DNA of 36,107 nt from a virus (taxonomy: Duplodnaviria; Heunggongvirae; Uroviricota; Caudoviricetes). Numbering within the stretch: the first letter of the stretch is position 1; every line of letters starts with the position of its first letter. A program made the position numbers and the translations under genes. A model generated the notes under the pieces. It saw only the letters and a program-made list of their open reading frames with translations. It searched no databases and was not told the DNA's origin. Below, piece after piece: positions 9,568 through 23,698 of this stretch. The DNA is taken from the IMG/VR virus record IMGVR_UViG_2630968500_000009. The stretch is one strand, 5' to 3'.

Positions 9568-9579
9568 GGGCGGCGACCT
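9568..9579 (+). other. cos: cosN cohesive-end site (GGGCGGCGACCT), with cosB-like inverted repeats downstream to about 9750
   Basis: The 12-nt lambda cohesive-end sequence preceded by ...GATCCGACAGGTTACG and followed by CGCGGGTTTTCGCTATTTATGAAAATTTTCCGG, as in the lambda genome ends recalled from memory. Confidence 0.8.
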
Positions 9580-9756
9580 CGCGGGTTTTCGCTATTTATG
9601 AAAATTTTCCGGTTTAAGGCATTTCCGTTCTTCTTCGTCGTAACTTAATGTTTTTATTTAAAATACCCCCTGAAAAGAAAGGAAACGACAGGTGCTGAAA
9701 ACGAGCTTTTGGGCCTCTGTCGTTTCCTTTCTCTGTTTTTGGCCGTGGAATGAACA

Positions 9757-10276
9757 ATGGAAGTCAACAAAAAGCAGCTGGCTGACATTTTCGGTGCGAG
9801 TATCCGTACCATTCAGAACTGGCAGGAGCAGGGAATGCCCGTTCTGCGAGGCGGTGGGAAGGGTAATGAGGTGCTTTATGACTCTGCCGCCGTCATAAAA
9901 TGGTATGCCGAAAGGGATGCTGAAATTGAGAACGAAAAGCTGCGCCGGGAGGTTGAAGAACTGCGACAGGCCAGCGAGGCAGATCTCCAGCCAGGGACTA
10001 TTGAGTACGAACGCCATCGACTTACGCGTGCGCAGGCCGACGCACAGGAGCTGAAAAATGCCAGAGACTCCGCTGAAGTGGTGGAAACTGCATTCTGTAC
10101 TTTCGTGCTGTCGCGGATCGCAGGTGAAATTGCCAGTATTCTCGACGGGATCCCCCTGTCGGTGCAGCGGCGTTTTCCGGAACTGGAAAACCGACATGTT
10201 GATTTCCTGAAACGGGATATCATCAAAGCCATGAACAAAGCAGCCGCGCTGGATGAACTGATACCGGGGTTGCTGA

Positions 10277-10302
<26 letters not shown>
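9757..10302 (+). CDS. nu1: Terminase small subunit Nu1 (181 aa)
   Basis: MEVNKKQLADIFGASIRTIQNWQEQGMPVLRGGGKGNEV... matches lambda Nu1. Confidence 0.9.
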
Positions 10303-13983
<3,681 letters not shown>

Positions 13984-14003
<20 letters not shown>

Positions 14004-15303
14004 TCTCCCGCATATTGCCAGCATGGCTTTTAATGAGCCGCTGATGCTTGAACCCGCCTATGCGCGGGTTTTCTTTTGTGCGCTTGCAGGCCAGCTTGGG
14101 ATCAGTCGCCTGACGGATGCGGTGTCCGGCGACAGCCTGACTGCCGGAGAGGCACCCGCGGCGCTGGCGTTATCCGGTGATGATGACGGACCACGACAGG
14201 CCCGCAGTTATCAGGTCATGAACGGCATCGCCGTGCTGCCGGTGTCCGGTACGCTGGTCAGCCGGACGCGGGCGCTGCAGCCGTATTCGGGAATGACCGG
14301 TTACAACGGCATTATCGCCCGTCTGCAACAGGCTGCCAGCGATCCGATGGTGGACGGCATTCTGCTCGATATGGACACACCGGGCGGGATGGTGGCGGGA
14401 GCATTTGACTGTGCTGACATCATCGCCCGTGTGCGAGACATAAAACCGGTATGGGCGCTGGCCAACGACATGAACTGCAGTGCAGGTCAGCTGCTTGCCA
14501 GCGCCGCCTCCCGGCGTCTGGTCACGCAGACCGCCCGGACAGGCTCCATCGGCGTCATGATGGCTCACAGTAATTACGGTGCTGCGCTGGAGAAACAGGG
14601 CGTGGAAATCACGCTGATTTACAGCGGCAGCCATAAGGTGGATGGCAACCCCTACAGCCATCTTCCGGATGACGTCCGGGAGACACTGCAGTCCCGGATG
14701 GATGCAACCCGCCGGATGTTTGCGCAGAAGGTGTCGGCATATACCGGCCTGTCCGTGCAGGCTGTGCTGGATACCGAGGCTGCAGTGTACAGCGGTCAGG
14801 AGGCCATTGATGCCGGACTGGCTGATGAACTTGTCAACAGCACCGATGCGATCACCGTTATGCGTGATGCACTGGATGCACGTAAATCCCGTCTCTCAGG
14901 AGGGCGAATGACCAAAGAGACTCAATCAACAACTGTTTCAGCCACTGCTTCGCAGGCTGACGTTACTGACGTGGTGCCAGCGACGGAGGGCGAAAACGCC
15001 AGCGCGGCGCAGCCGGACGTGAACGCGCAGATCACCGCTGCGGTTGCGGCAGAAAACAGCCGCATTATGGGGATCCTCAACTGTGAGGAGGCTCACGGAC
15101 GCGAAGAACAGGCCCGCGTGCTGGCAGAAACCCCCGGTATGACCGTGGAAACGGCCCGCCGCATTCTGGCCGCAGCACCACAGAGTGCACAGGCGCGCAG
15201 TGACACTGCGCTGGATCGTCTGATGCAGGGGGCACCGGCACCGCTGGCTGCAGGTAACCCGGCATCTGATGCCGTTAACGATTTGCTGAACACACCAGTG
15301 TAA
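13984..15303 (+). CDS. C: Prohead protease / ClpP-like gpC (439 aa from GTG start)
   Basis: VTAELRNLPHIASMAF... as in lambda C; the track ORF extends upstream but the lambda start corresponds to GTG 13984. Confidence 0.85.
14698..15303 (+). CDS. nu3: Scaffolding protein Nu3, in-frame nested within C (201 aa)
   Basis: Internal in-frame ATG (MDATRRMFAQK...) co-terminal with C, as in lambda. Confidence 0.6.
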   Translation: MDATRRMFAQKVSAYTGLSVQAVLDTEAAVYSGQEAIDAGLADELVNSTDAITVMRDALDARKSRLSGGRMTKETQSTTVSATASQADVTDVVPATEGENASAAQPDVNAQITAAVAAENSRIMGILNCEEAHGREEQARVLAETPGMTVETARRILAAAPQSAQARSDTALDRLMQGAPAPLAAGNPASDAVNDLLNTPV

Positions 15304-15312
15304 GGGATGTTT

Positions 15313-15645
15313 ATGACGAGCAAAGAAACCTTTACCCATTACCAGCCGCTGGGCAACAGTGACCCGGCTCATACCGCAACCGCGCCCGGCGGATTGAGTG
15401 CGAAAGCGCCTGCAATGACCCCGCTGATGCTGGACACCTCCACCCGTAAGCTGGTTGAGTGGGATGGCACCACCGACGGTGCTGCCGTTGGCATTCTGGC
15501 GGTTGCTGCTGACCAGACCAGCACCACACTGACGTTCTACAAGTCCGGCACGTTCCGTTATGAGGATGTGCTCTGGCCGGAGGCTGCCAGCGACGAGACG
15601 AAAAAACGGACCGCGTTTGCCGGAACGGCAATCAGCATCGTTTAA
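15313..15645 (+). CDS. D: Head decoration protein gpD (110 aa)
   Basis: [27 protein letters not shown]... matches lambda D. Confidence 0.85.
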   Translation: MTSKETFTHYQPLGNSDPAHTATAPGGLSAKAPAMTPLMLDTSTRKLVEWDGTTDGAAVGILAVAADQTSTTLTFYKSGTFRYEDVLWPEAASDETKKRTAFAGTAISIV

Positions 15646-15700
15646 CCTTACCCTTCATCACTAAAGGCCGCCTGTGCGGCTTTTTTTATGGGATTTTTTT

Positions 15701-16726
15701 ATGTCGATGTACACAACCGCCCAGCTGCTGGCGGCAAATGAGAAGAAATTTAAGTTTGATCCGCTGTTTCTGCGTCTCTTTTTCCGTGAGAGCTATCCCT
15801 TCACCACGGAGAAAGTCTATCTCTCACAAATTCCGGGACTGGTAAACATGGCGCTGTACGTTTCGCCGATTGTTTCCGGTGAGGTTATCCGTTCCCGTGG
15901 CGGCTCCACCTCTGAATTTACGCCGGGATATGTCAAACCCAAGCATGAAGTGAATCCGCAGATGACCCTGCGTCGCCTGCCGGATGAAGATCCGCAGAAT
16001 CTGGCGGACCCGGCTTACCGCCGCCGTCGCATCATCATGCAGAACATGCGTGACGAAGAGCTGGCCATTGCTCAGGTCGAAGAGATGCAGGCAGTTTCTG
16101 CCGTGCTTAAGGGCAAATACACCATGACCGGTGAAGCCTTCGATCCGGTTGAGGTGGATATGGGCCGCAGTGAGGAGAATAACATCACGCAGTCCGGCGG
16201 CACGGAGTGGAGCAAGCGTGACAAGTCCACGTATGACCCGACCGACGATATCGAAGCCTACGCGCTGAACGCCAGCGGTGTGGTGAATATCATCGTGTTC
16301 GATCCGAAAGGCTGGGCGCTGTTCCGTTCCTTCAAAGCCGTCAGGGAGAAGCTGGATACCCGTCGTGGCTCTCATTCCGAGCTGGAGACAGCGGTGAAAG
16401 ACCTGGGTAAAGCGGTGTCCTATAAGGGGATGTATGGCGATGTGGCCATCGTCGTGTATTCCGGACAGTACGTGGAAAACGGCGTCAAAAAGAACTTCCT
16501 GCCGGACAACACGATGGTGCTGGGTAACACTCATGCACGCGGTCTGCGCACCTATGGCTGTATTCAGGATGCGGATGCATTGAGTGAGGGTATTAATGCG
16601 TCTCCCCGTTATCCGAAAAACTGGAAGACATCCGGCGATCCGGCGCGAGAGTTCACCATGATTCAGTCAGCACCGCTGATGCTGCTGGCTGATCCTGATG
16701 AGTTCGTGTCTGTACAACTGGCGTAA
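15701..16726 (+). CDS. E: Major capsid protein gpE (341 aa)
   Basis: MSMYTTAQLLAANE... matches lambda E; the track ORF has a 9-codon upstream extension. Confidence 0.9.
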   Translation: MSMYTTAQLLAANEKKFKFDPLFLRLFFRESYPFTTEKVYLSQIPGLVNMALYVSPIVSGEVIRSRGGSTSEFTPGYVKPKHEVNPQMTLRRLPDEDPQNLADPAYRRRRIIMQNMRDEELAIAQVEEMQAVSAVLKGKYTMTGEAFDPVEVDMGRSEENNITQSGGTEWSKRDKSTYDPTDDIEAYALNASGVVNIIVFDPKGWALFRSFKAVREKLDTRRGSHSELETAVKDLGKAVSYKGMYGDVAIVVYSGQYVENGVKKNFLPDNTMVLGNTHARGLRTYGCIQDADALSEGINASPRYPKNWKTSGDPAREFTMIQSAPLMLLADPDEFVSVQLA

Positions 16727-16767
16727 TCATGGCCCTTCGGGGCCATTGTTTCTCTGTGGAGGAGTCC

Positions 16768-17166
16768 ATGACGAAAGATGAACTGATTGCCCGTCTCCGC
16801 TCGCTGGGTGAACAACTGAACCGTGATGTCAGCCTGACGGGGACGAAAGAAGAACTGGCGCTCCGTGTGGCAGAGCTGGAAGAGGAGCTTGATGACACGG
16901 GCGACACTGCAGGTCAGGATACCCCTCTCAGCCCGGAAAATGTGCTGACCGGGCATGAAAATGAGGTGGTATCAGCGCAGCCGGATACCGTGATTCAGGA
17001 TACGGCTGAACTGGTCACGGTCGTGGCACTGGTGACGCTGCATACCGATGCACTTCACGCCACGCGGGATGAACCTGTGGCATTTGTGCTGCCGGGAACG
17101 GCGTTCCGTGTCTCTGCCGGTGTGGCAGCTGAAATGACAGAGCGCGGCCTGGCCAGAATGCAATAA
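16768..17166 (+). CDS. FI: DNA-packaging protein gpFI (132 aa)
   Basis: MTKDELIARLRSLGEQLNRDVSL...; GGAGG SD upstream. Confidence 0.85.
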   Translation: MTKDELIARLRSLGEQLNRDVSLTGTKEELALRVAELEEELDDTGDTAGQDTPLSPENVLTGHENEVVSAQPDTVIQDTAELVTVVALVTLHTDALHATRDEPVAFVLPGTAFRVSAGVAAEMTERGLARMQ

Positions 17167-17177
17167 CGGGAGGCGCT

Positions 17178-17531
17178 GTGGCTGATTTCGATAACCTGTT
17201 CGATGCTGCCATTGCCCGCGCCGATGAAACGATACGCGGGTACATGGGAACGTCAGCCACCATGACATCCGGTGAGCAGTCAGGTGCGGTGATACGTGGT
17301 GTTTTTGATGACCCTGAAAATATCAGCTATGCCGGACAGGGCGTGCGCGTTGAAGGCTCCAGCCCGTCCCTGTTTGTCCGGACTGATGAGGTGCGGCAGC
17401 TGCGGCGTGGAGACACGCTGACCATCGGTGAGGAAAATTTCTGGGTAGATCGGGTTTCGCCGGATGATGGCGGAAGTTGTCATCTCTGGCTTGGACGGGG
17501 CGTACCGCCTGCCGTTAACCGTCGCCGCTGA
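17178..17531 (+). CDS. FII: Head-tail connector gpFII (117 aa, GTG start)
   Basis: Sequence and length match lambda FII. Confidence 0.85.
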   Translation: MADFDNLFDAAIARADETIRGYMGTSATMTSGEQSGAVIRGVFDDPENISYAGQGVRVEGSSPSLFVRTDEVRQLRRGDTLTIGEENFWVDRVSPDDGGSCHLWLGRGVPPAVNRRR

Positions 17532-17542
17532 AAGGGGGATGT

Positions 17543-18121
17543 ATGGCCATAAAAGGTCTTGAGCAGGCCGTTGAAAACCTCAGCCGTATCAGCAGAACGG
17601 CGGTGCCTGGTGCCGCCGCAATGGCCATTAACCGCGTTGCTTCATCCGCGATATCGCAGTCGGCGTCACAAGTTGCCCGTGAGACAAAGGTACGCCGGAA
17701 ACTGGTAAAGGAAAGGGCCAGGCTGAAAAGGGCCACTGTCAAAAATCCGCAGGCCAGAATCAAAGTTAACCGGGGGGATTTGCCCGTAATCAAGCTGGGT
17801 AATGCGCGGGTTGTCCTGTCCCGCCGCAGGCGTCGTAAAAAGGGGCAGCGTTCATCCCTGAAAGGTGGCGGCAGCGTGCTTGTGGTGGGTAACCGTCGTA
17901 TTCCCGGCGCGTTTATTCAGCAACTGAAAAACGGCCGGTGGCATGTTATGCAGCGTGTGGCCGGGAAAAACCGTTACCCCATTGATGTGGTGAAAATCCC
18001 GATGGCGGTGCCGCTGACCACGGCGTTTAAACAGAATATTGAACGGATACGGCGTGAACGTCTTCCGAAAGAGCTGGGCTATGCGCTGCAGCATCAACTG
18101 AGAATGGTAATAAAGCGATGA
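17543..18121 (+). CDS. Z: Tail completion protein gpZ (192 aa)
   Basis: Matches lambda Z. Confidence 0.9.
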   Translation: MAIKGLEQAVENLSRISRTAVPGAAAMAINRVASSAISQSASQVARETKVRRKLVKERARLKRATVKNPQARIKVNRGDLPVIKLGNARVVLSRRRRRKKGQRSSLKGGGSVLVVGNRRIPGAFIQQLKNGRWHVMQRVAGKNRYPIDVVKIPMAVPLTTAFKQNIERIRRERLPKELGYALQHQLRMVIKR

Positions 18122-18513
18122 AACATACTGAACTCCGTGCAGCCGTACTGGATGCACTGGAGAAGCATGACACCGGGGCGACGCTTTTTGATGGTCGCCC
18201 CGCTGTTTTTGATGAGGAAGATTTTCCGGCAATTGCCGTTTATCTCACCTGCGCTGAATACACGGGCGAAGAGCTGGACAGCGACACCTGGCAGGCGGAG
18301 CTGCATATTGAAGTTTTCCTGCCTGCTCAGGTGCCGGATTCAGAGCTGGATGCGTGGATGGAGTCCCGGATTTATCCGGTGATGAGCGATATCCCGGCAC
18401 TGTCAGATTTGATCACCAGTATGGTGGCCAGCGGCTATGACTACCGGCGCGACGATGATGCGGGCCTGTGGAGTTCAGCCGATCTGACTTATGTCATTAC
18501 CTATGAAATGTGA
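18118..18513 (+). CDS. U: Tail terminator gpU (131 aa)
   Basis: Matches lambda U. Confidence 0.9.
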   Translation: MKHTELRAAVLDALEKHDTGATLFDGRPAVFDEEDFPAIAVYLTCAEYTGEELDSDTWQAELHIEVFLPAQVPDSELDAWMESRIYPVMSDIPALSDLITSMVASGYDYRRDDDAGLWSSADLTYVITYEM

Positions 18514-18520
18514 GGACGCT

Positions 18521-19261
18521 ATGCCTGTACCAAATCCTACAATGCCGGTGAAAGGTGCCGGGACCACCCTGTGGGTTTATAAGGGGAGCGGTGACCCTTA
18601 TGCGAACCCGCTTTCAGACGTTGACTGGTCGCGTCTGGCAAAAGTTAAAGACCTGACGCCCGGCGAACTGACCGCTGAGTCCTATGACGACAGCTATCTC
18701 GATGATGAAGATGCAGACTGGACTGCGACCGGGCAGGGGCAGAAATCTGCCGGAGATACCAGCTTCACGCTGGCGTGGATGCCCGGAGAGCAGGGGCAGC
18801 AGGCGCTGCTGGCGTGGTTTAATGAAGGTGATACCCGTGCCTATAAAATCCGCTTCCCGAACGGCACGGTCGATGTGTTCCGTGGCTGGGTCAGCAGTAT
18901 CGGTAAGGCGGTGACGGCGAAGGAAGTGATTACCCGCACGGTGAAGGTCACCAATGTGGGACGTCCGTCGATGGCAGAAGATCGCAGCACGGTGACGGCG
19001 ACGACCGGCATGACGGTGACACCCGCCAGTGCTTCCGTAGTGAAAGGGCAGAGCACCACGCTGACCGTGGCATTCCAGCCGGATGGCGCAACCGACAAGA
19101 GCTTCCGTGCGGTGTCTGCGGATAAAACAAAAGCCACCGTGTCGGTCAGTGGTATGACCATCACCGTGAAAGGTGTTGCTGCAGGCAAGGTCAACATTCC
19201 GGTCGTATCTGGTAATGGTGAGTTTGCTGCGGTTGCAGAAATCAACGTCACCGCCAGTTAA
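18521..19261 (+). CDS. V: Major tail tube protein gpV (246 aa)
   Basis: [24 protein letters not shown]...; C-terminal Ig-like domain; GAGGA SD. Confidence 0.9.
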   Translation: MPVPNPTMPVKGAGTTLWVYKGSGDPYANPLSDVDWSRLAKVKDLTPGELTAESYDDSYLDDEDADWTATGQGQKSAGDTSFTLAWMPGEQGQQALLAWFNEGDTRAYKIRFPNGTVDVFRGWVSSIGKAVTAKEVITRTVKVTNVGRPSMAEDRSTVTATTGMTVTPASASVVKGQSTTLTVAFQPDGATDKSFRAVSADKTKATVSVSGMTITVKGVAAGKVNIPVVSGNGEFAAVAEINVTAS

Positions 19262-19276
19262 TCCGGAGAGTCAGCG

Positions 19277-19699
19277 ATGTTCCTGAAAACCGAATCATTT
19301 GAACATAACGGTGTGACCGTCACGCTTTCTGAACTGTCAGCCCTGCAGCGTATTGAGCATCTCGCCCTGATGAAACGGCAGGCAGAACAGGCGGAGTCAG
19401 ACAGCAACCGGAAGTTTACTGTGGAAGACGCCATCAGAACCGGTGCTTTTGTGGTAGCGATGTCCCTGTGGCATAACCATCCGAAGAAGACAAAGCTGCC
19501 TTCCATGAATGAAGCCGTTAAACAGATTGAGCAGGAAGTGCTTACCACCTGGCCCACAGAGGCAATTTCTCATGCTGAAAACGTGGTGTACCGGCTGTCC
19601 GGTATGTATGAGTTTGTGGTGAATGATGCTCCTGAACAGGCAGAGGACGCCGGGCCTGCAGAGCCTGTTTCTGCGGGAAAGTGTTCGACGGTGAGCTGA
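19277..19699 (+). CDS. G: Tail assembly chaperone gpG (140 aa)
   Basis: Matches lambda G; contains slippery heptamer near its 3' end. Confidence 0.85.
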   Translation: MFLKTESFEHNGVTVTLSELSALQRIEHLALMKRQAEQAESDSNRKFTVEDAIRTGAFVVAMSLWHNHPKKTKLPSMNEAVKQIEQEVLTTWPTEAISHAENVVYRLSGMYEFVVNDAPEQAEDAGPAEPVSAGKCSTVS

Positions 19700-20115
19700 G
19701 TTTTGCCCTGAAACTGGCGCGTGAGATGGGGCGACCCGACTGGCGCGCCATGCTTGCCGGGATGTCATCCACGGAGTATGCCGACTGGCACCGCTTTTAC
19801 AGTACCCATTATTTTCATGATGTTCTGCTGGATATGCACTTTTCCGGGCTGACGTACACCGTGCTCAGCCTGTTTTTCAGCGATCCGGAGATGCATCCGC
19901 TGGATTTCAGTCTGCTGAACCGGCGCGAGGCTGACGAAGAGCCTGAAGATGATGTGCTGATGCAGAAAGCGGCAGGGCTTGCCGGAGGCGTTCGTTTTGG
20001 CCCGGACGGGAATGAAGTTATCCCCGCTTCCCCGGATGTGGCGGACATGACGGAGGATGACGTAATGCTGATGACAGTATCAGAAGGGATCGCAGGAGGA
20101 GTCCGGTATGGCTGA
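19277..20115 (+). CDS. T: Tail assembly chaperone G-T fusion produced by programmed -1 ribosomal frameshift
   Basis: Slippery sequence G GGA AAG at 19675-19681; the -1 frame continues as VFDGELSFALKLAREMG... to 20115. Confidence 0.7.
19675..19681 (+). other. Programmed -1 frameshift slippery heptamer GGGAAAG
   Basis: Seen directly at the G/T junction. Confidence 0.7.
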
Positions 20116-22669
20116 ACCGGTAGGCGATCTGGTCGTTGATTTGAGTCTGGATGCGGCCAGATTTGACGAGCAGATGGCCAGAGTCAGGCGTCATTTTTCC
20201 GGTACGGAAACTGATGCGAAAAAAACAGCGGCAGGCGTTGAACAGTCGCTGAGCCGACAGGCACTGGCTGCACAGAAAGCGGGGATTTCCGTCGGGCAGT
20301 ATAAAGCTGCCATGCGTATGCTGCCTGCGCAGTTCACTGACGTGGCCACGCAGCTTGCAGGCGGGCAAAGTCCGTGGCTGATCCTGCTGCAACAGGGTGG
20401 TCAGGTTAAGGACTCCTTCGGCGGGATGATCCCCATGTTCCGGGGGCTTGCCGGTGCGATCACCCTGCCGATGGTCGGGGCCACCTCGCTGGCGGTGGCG
20501 ACCGGTGCGCTGGCGTATGCCTGGTATCAGGGTAACTCAACCCTGTCCGATTTCAACAAAACGCTGGTCCTTTCCGGTAATCAGTCGGGTCTGACGGCAG
20601 ATCGTATGCTGGTCCTGTCCAGAGCCGGGCAGGCGGCAGGGCTGACGTTTAACCAGACCAGCGAGTCACTCAGTGCACTGGTTAAGGCGGGGGTAAGCGG
20701 TGAGGCTCAGATTGCGTCCATCAGCCAGAGTGTGGCGCGTTTCTCTTCTGCATCCGGCGTGGAGGTGGACAAGGTCGCTGAAGCCTTCGGGAAGCTGACC
20801 ACTGACCCGACGTCGGGGCTGACGGCGATGGCGCGCCAGTTCCATAACGTGACGGCGGAGCAGATTGCGTATGTTGCTCAGTTGCAGCGTTCCGGCGATG
20901 AAGCCGGGGCATTGCAGGCGGCGAACGAGGCCGCAACGAAAGGGTTTGATGACCAGACCCGACGCCTGAAAGAGAACATGGGCACGCTGGAAACCTGGGC
21001 AGACAGGACAGCACGGGCATTCAAATCCATGTGGGATGCGGTGCTGGATATTGGTCGTCCTGATACCGCTCAGGAGATGCTGATTAAGGCAGAGGCTGCG
21101 TTTAAGAAAGCGGACGACATCTGGAATCTGCGCAAGGATGATTATTTTGTTAACGATGAAGCGCGGGCGCGTTACTGGGATGATCGTGAAAAGGCCCGTC
21201 TTGCGCTTGAAGCCGCCCGAAAGAAGGCTGAACAGCAGAGTCAACAGGACAAAAATGCGCAGCAGCAGAGCGATACCGAAGCATCACGGCTGAAATATAC
21301 CGAAGAGGCGCAGAAGGCTTACGAACGGCTGCAGACACCGCTGGAGAAATATACCGCCCGTCAGGAAGAACTGAACAAGGCACTGAAAGACGGGAAAATC
21401 CTGCAGGCAGATTACAACACGCTGATGGCGGCGGCGAAAAAGGATTATGAAGCGACGCTGAAAAAGCCGAAACAGTCCGGCGTGAAGGTGTCTGCGGGCG
21501 ATCGTCAGGAAGACAGTGCTCATGCTGCCCTGCTGACGCTTCAGGCAGAACTCCGGACGCTGGAGAAGCATGCCGGAGCGAATGAGAAAATCAGCCAGCA
21601 GCGCCGGGATTTGTGGAAGGCGGAAAATCAGTTCGCGGTACTGGAGGAGGCGGCACAACGTCGCCAGCTATCCGCACAGGAGAAATCCCTGCTGGCGCAT
21701 AAAGATGAGACGCTGGAGTACAAACGCCAGCTGGCTGTACTTGGCGATAAGGTCACGTATCAGGAGCACCTGAACGCGCTGGCGCAGCAGGCGGATAAGT
21801 TCGCACAGCAACAACGGGCAAAACGGGCAGCCATTGAGGCGAAAAACCGGGGGCTTACTGACCGGCAGGCAGCGCGGGACGCCACGGAACAGCGTCTGAA
21901 GGAGCAGTATGGCGATAATCCGCTGGCGCTAAATAACGTCATGTCAGAGCAGAAAAAGACCTGGGCGGCTGAAGACCAGCTTCGCGGGAGCTGGATGGCA
22001 GGCCTGAAGTCCGGCTGGAGTGAGTGGGAAGAGAGTGCCACGGACAGTATGTCGCAGGTTAAAAGTGCTGCCACGCAGACCTTTGATGGTATTGCGCAGA
22101 ATATGGCGGCGATGCTGACCGGCAGTGAGCAGAACTGGCGCAGCTTCACCCGTTCCGTGCTGTCCATGATGACAGAAATTCTGCTTAAGCAGGCAATGGT
22201 GGGGATCGTCGGGAGTGTGGGCAGTGTCATTGGCGGTGCTGTCGGTGGTGACGCATCAGCGTCAGGCGGTACAGCTATTCAGGCAGCTGCGGCGAAATTC
22301 CATTTTGCGACCGGGGGATTTACGGGAACCGGCGGCAAATATGAGCCTGCGGGGATTGTTCACCGCGGTGAATTTGTCTTCACGAAGGAGGCAACCAGCC
22401 GGATTGGCGTGGGGAATCTCTACCGGCTGTTGCGCGGCTATGCCACCGGCGGTTATGTCGGTACACCGGGCAGCATGGCAGACAGCCGGTCGCAGGCGTC
22501 CGGGACGTTTGAGCAGAATAACCATGTGGTGATTAACAACGACGGCACGAACGGGCAGATAGGTCCGGCTGCTCTGAAGGCGGTGTATGACATGGCCCGC
22601 AAGGGTGCCCGTGATGAAATTCAGACACAGATGCGTGATGGTGGCCTGTTCTCCGGAGGTGGACGATGA
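20108..22669 (+). CDS. H: Tail tape measure protein gpH (853 aa)
   Basis: Length and sequence match lambda H. Confidence 0.95.
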   Translation: MAEPVGDLVVDLSLDAARFDEQMARVRRHFSGTETDAKKTAAGVEQSLSRQALAAQKAGISVGQYKAAMRMLPAQFTDVATQLAGGQSPWLILLQQGGQVKDSFGGMIPMFRGLAGAITLPMVGATSLAVATGALAYAWYQGNSTLSDFNKTLVLSGNQSGLTADRMLVLSRAGQAAGLTFNQTSESLSALVKAGVSGEAQIASISQSVARFSSASGVEVDKVAEAFGKLTTDPTSGLTAMARQFHNVTAEQIAYVAQLQRSGDEAGALQAANEAATKGFDDQTRRLKENMGTLETWADRTARAFKSMWDAVLDIGRPDTAQEMLIKAEAAFKKADDIWNLRKDDYFVNDEARARYWDDREKARLALEAARKKAEQQSQQDKNAQQQSDTEASRLKYTEEAQKAYERLQTPLEKYTARQEELNKALKDGKILQADYNTLMAAAKKDYEATLKKPKQSGVKVSAGDRQEDSAHAALLTLQAELRTLEKHAGANEKISQQRRDLWKAENQFAVLEEAAQRRQLSAQEKSLLAHKDETLEYKRQLAVLGDKVTYQEHLNALAQQADKFAQQQRAKRAAIEAKNRGLTDRQAARDATEQRLKEQYGDNPLALNNVMSEQKKTWAAEDQLRGSWMAGLKSGWSEWEESATDSMSQVKSAATQTFDGIAQNMAAMLTGSEQNWRSFTRSVLSMMTEILLKQAMVGIVGSVGSVIGGAVGGDASASGGTAIQAAAAKFHFATGGFTGTGGKYEPAGIVHRGEFVFTKEATSRIGVGNLYRLLRGYATGGYVGTPGSMADSRSQASGTFEQNNHVVINNDGTNGQIGPAALKAVYDMARKGARDEIQTQMRDGGLFSGGGR

Positions 22670-22995
22670 AGACCTTCCGCTGGAAAGTGAAACCCGGTAT
22701 GGATGTGGCTTCGATCCCTTCTGTAAGAAAGGTGCGCTTTGGTGATGGCTATTCTCAGCGAGCGCCTGCCGGGCTGAATGCCAACCTGAAAACGTACAGC
22801 GTGACGCTTTCTGTCCCCCGTGAGGAGGCCACGGTACTGGAGTCGTTTCTGGAAGAGCACGGGGGCTGGAAATCCTTTCTGTGGACGCCGCCTTATGAGT
22901 GGCGGCAGATAAAGGTGACCTGCGCAAAATGGTCGTCGCGGGTCAGTATGCTGCGTGTTGAGTTCAGCGCAGAGTTTGAACAGGTGGTGAACTGA
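22666..22995 (+). CDS. M: Tail tip protein gpM (109 aa)
   Basis: Matches lambda M. Confidence 0.9.
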   Translation: MKTFRWKVKPGMDVASIPSVRKVRFGDGYSQRAPAGLNANLKTYSVTLSVPREEATVLESFLEEHGGWKSFLWTPPYEWRQIKVTCAKWSSRVSMLRVEFSAEFEQVVN

Positions 22996-23693
22996 TGCAG
23001 GATATCCGGCAGGAAACACTGAATGAATGCACCCGTGCGGAGCAGTCGGCCAGCGTGGTGCTCTGGGAAATCGACCTGACAGAGGTCGGTGGAGAACGTT
23101 ATTTTTTCTGTAATGAGCAGAACGAAAAAGGTGAGCCGGTCACCTGGCAGGGGCGACAGTATCAGCCGTATCCCATTCAGGGGAGCGTTTTTGAACTGAA
23201 TGGCAAAGGCACCAGTACGCGCCCCACGCTGACGGTTTCTAACCTGTACGGTATGGTCACCGGGATGGCGGAAGATATGCAGAGTCTGGTCGGCGGAACG
23301 GTGGTCCGGCGTAAGGTTTACGCCCGTTTTCTGGATGCGGTGAACTTCGTCAACGGAAACAGTTACGCCGATCCGGAGCAGGAGGTGATCAGCCGCTGGC
23401 GCATTGAGCAGTGCAGCGAACTGAGCGCGGTGAGTGCCTCCTTTGTACTGTCCACGCCGACGGAAACGGATGGCGCTGTTTTTCCGGGACGTATCATGCT
23501 GGCCAACACCTGCACCTGGACCTATCGCGGTGACGAGTGCGGTTATAGCGGTCCGGCAGTCGCGGATGAATATGACCAGCCAACGTCCGATATCACGAAG
23601 GATAAATGCAGCAAATGCCTGAGCGGTTGTAAGTTCCGCAATAACGTCGGCAACTTTGGCGGCTTCCTTTCCATTAACAAACTTTCGCAGTAA
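22995..23693 (+). CDS. L: Tail tip protein gpL (232 aa)
   Basis: Matches lambda L. Confidence 0.9.
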   Translation: MQDIRQETLNECTRAEQSASVVLWEIDLTEVGGERYFFCNEQNEKGEPVTWQGRQYQPYPIQGSVFELNGKGTSTRPTLTVSNLYGMVTGMAEDMQSLVGGTVVRRKVYARFLDAVNFVNGNSYADPEQEVISRWRIEQCSELSAVSASFVLSTPTETDGAVFPGRIMLANTCTWTYRGDECGYSGPAVADEYDQPTSDITKDKCSKCLSGCKFRNNVGNFGGFLSINKLSQ

Positions 23694-23698
23694 ATCCC

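Noticed and set aside
9658-10238. Minus-strand ORFs of 179 and 120 aa overlapping cos and Nu1
   Set aside because: Antisense to Nu1 and the cosB region; no support beyond ORF length.
15674-15700. Nine-codon N-terminal extension of E in the track
   Set aside because: The conserved capsid N-terminus starts at ATG 15701 (MSMYTTAQLL); the extension overlaps the D-E hairpin.
15824-16534. 236-aa minus-strand ORF inside E
   Set aside because: Antisense to the major capsid gene; His/Arg-rich composition typical of a non-coding frame.
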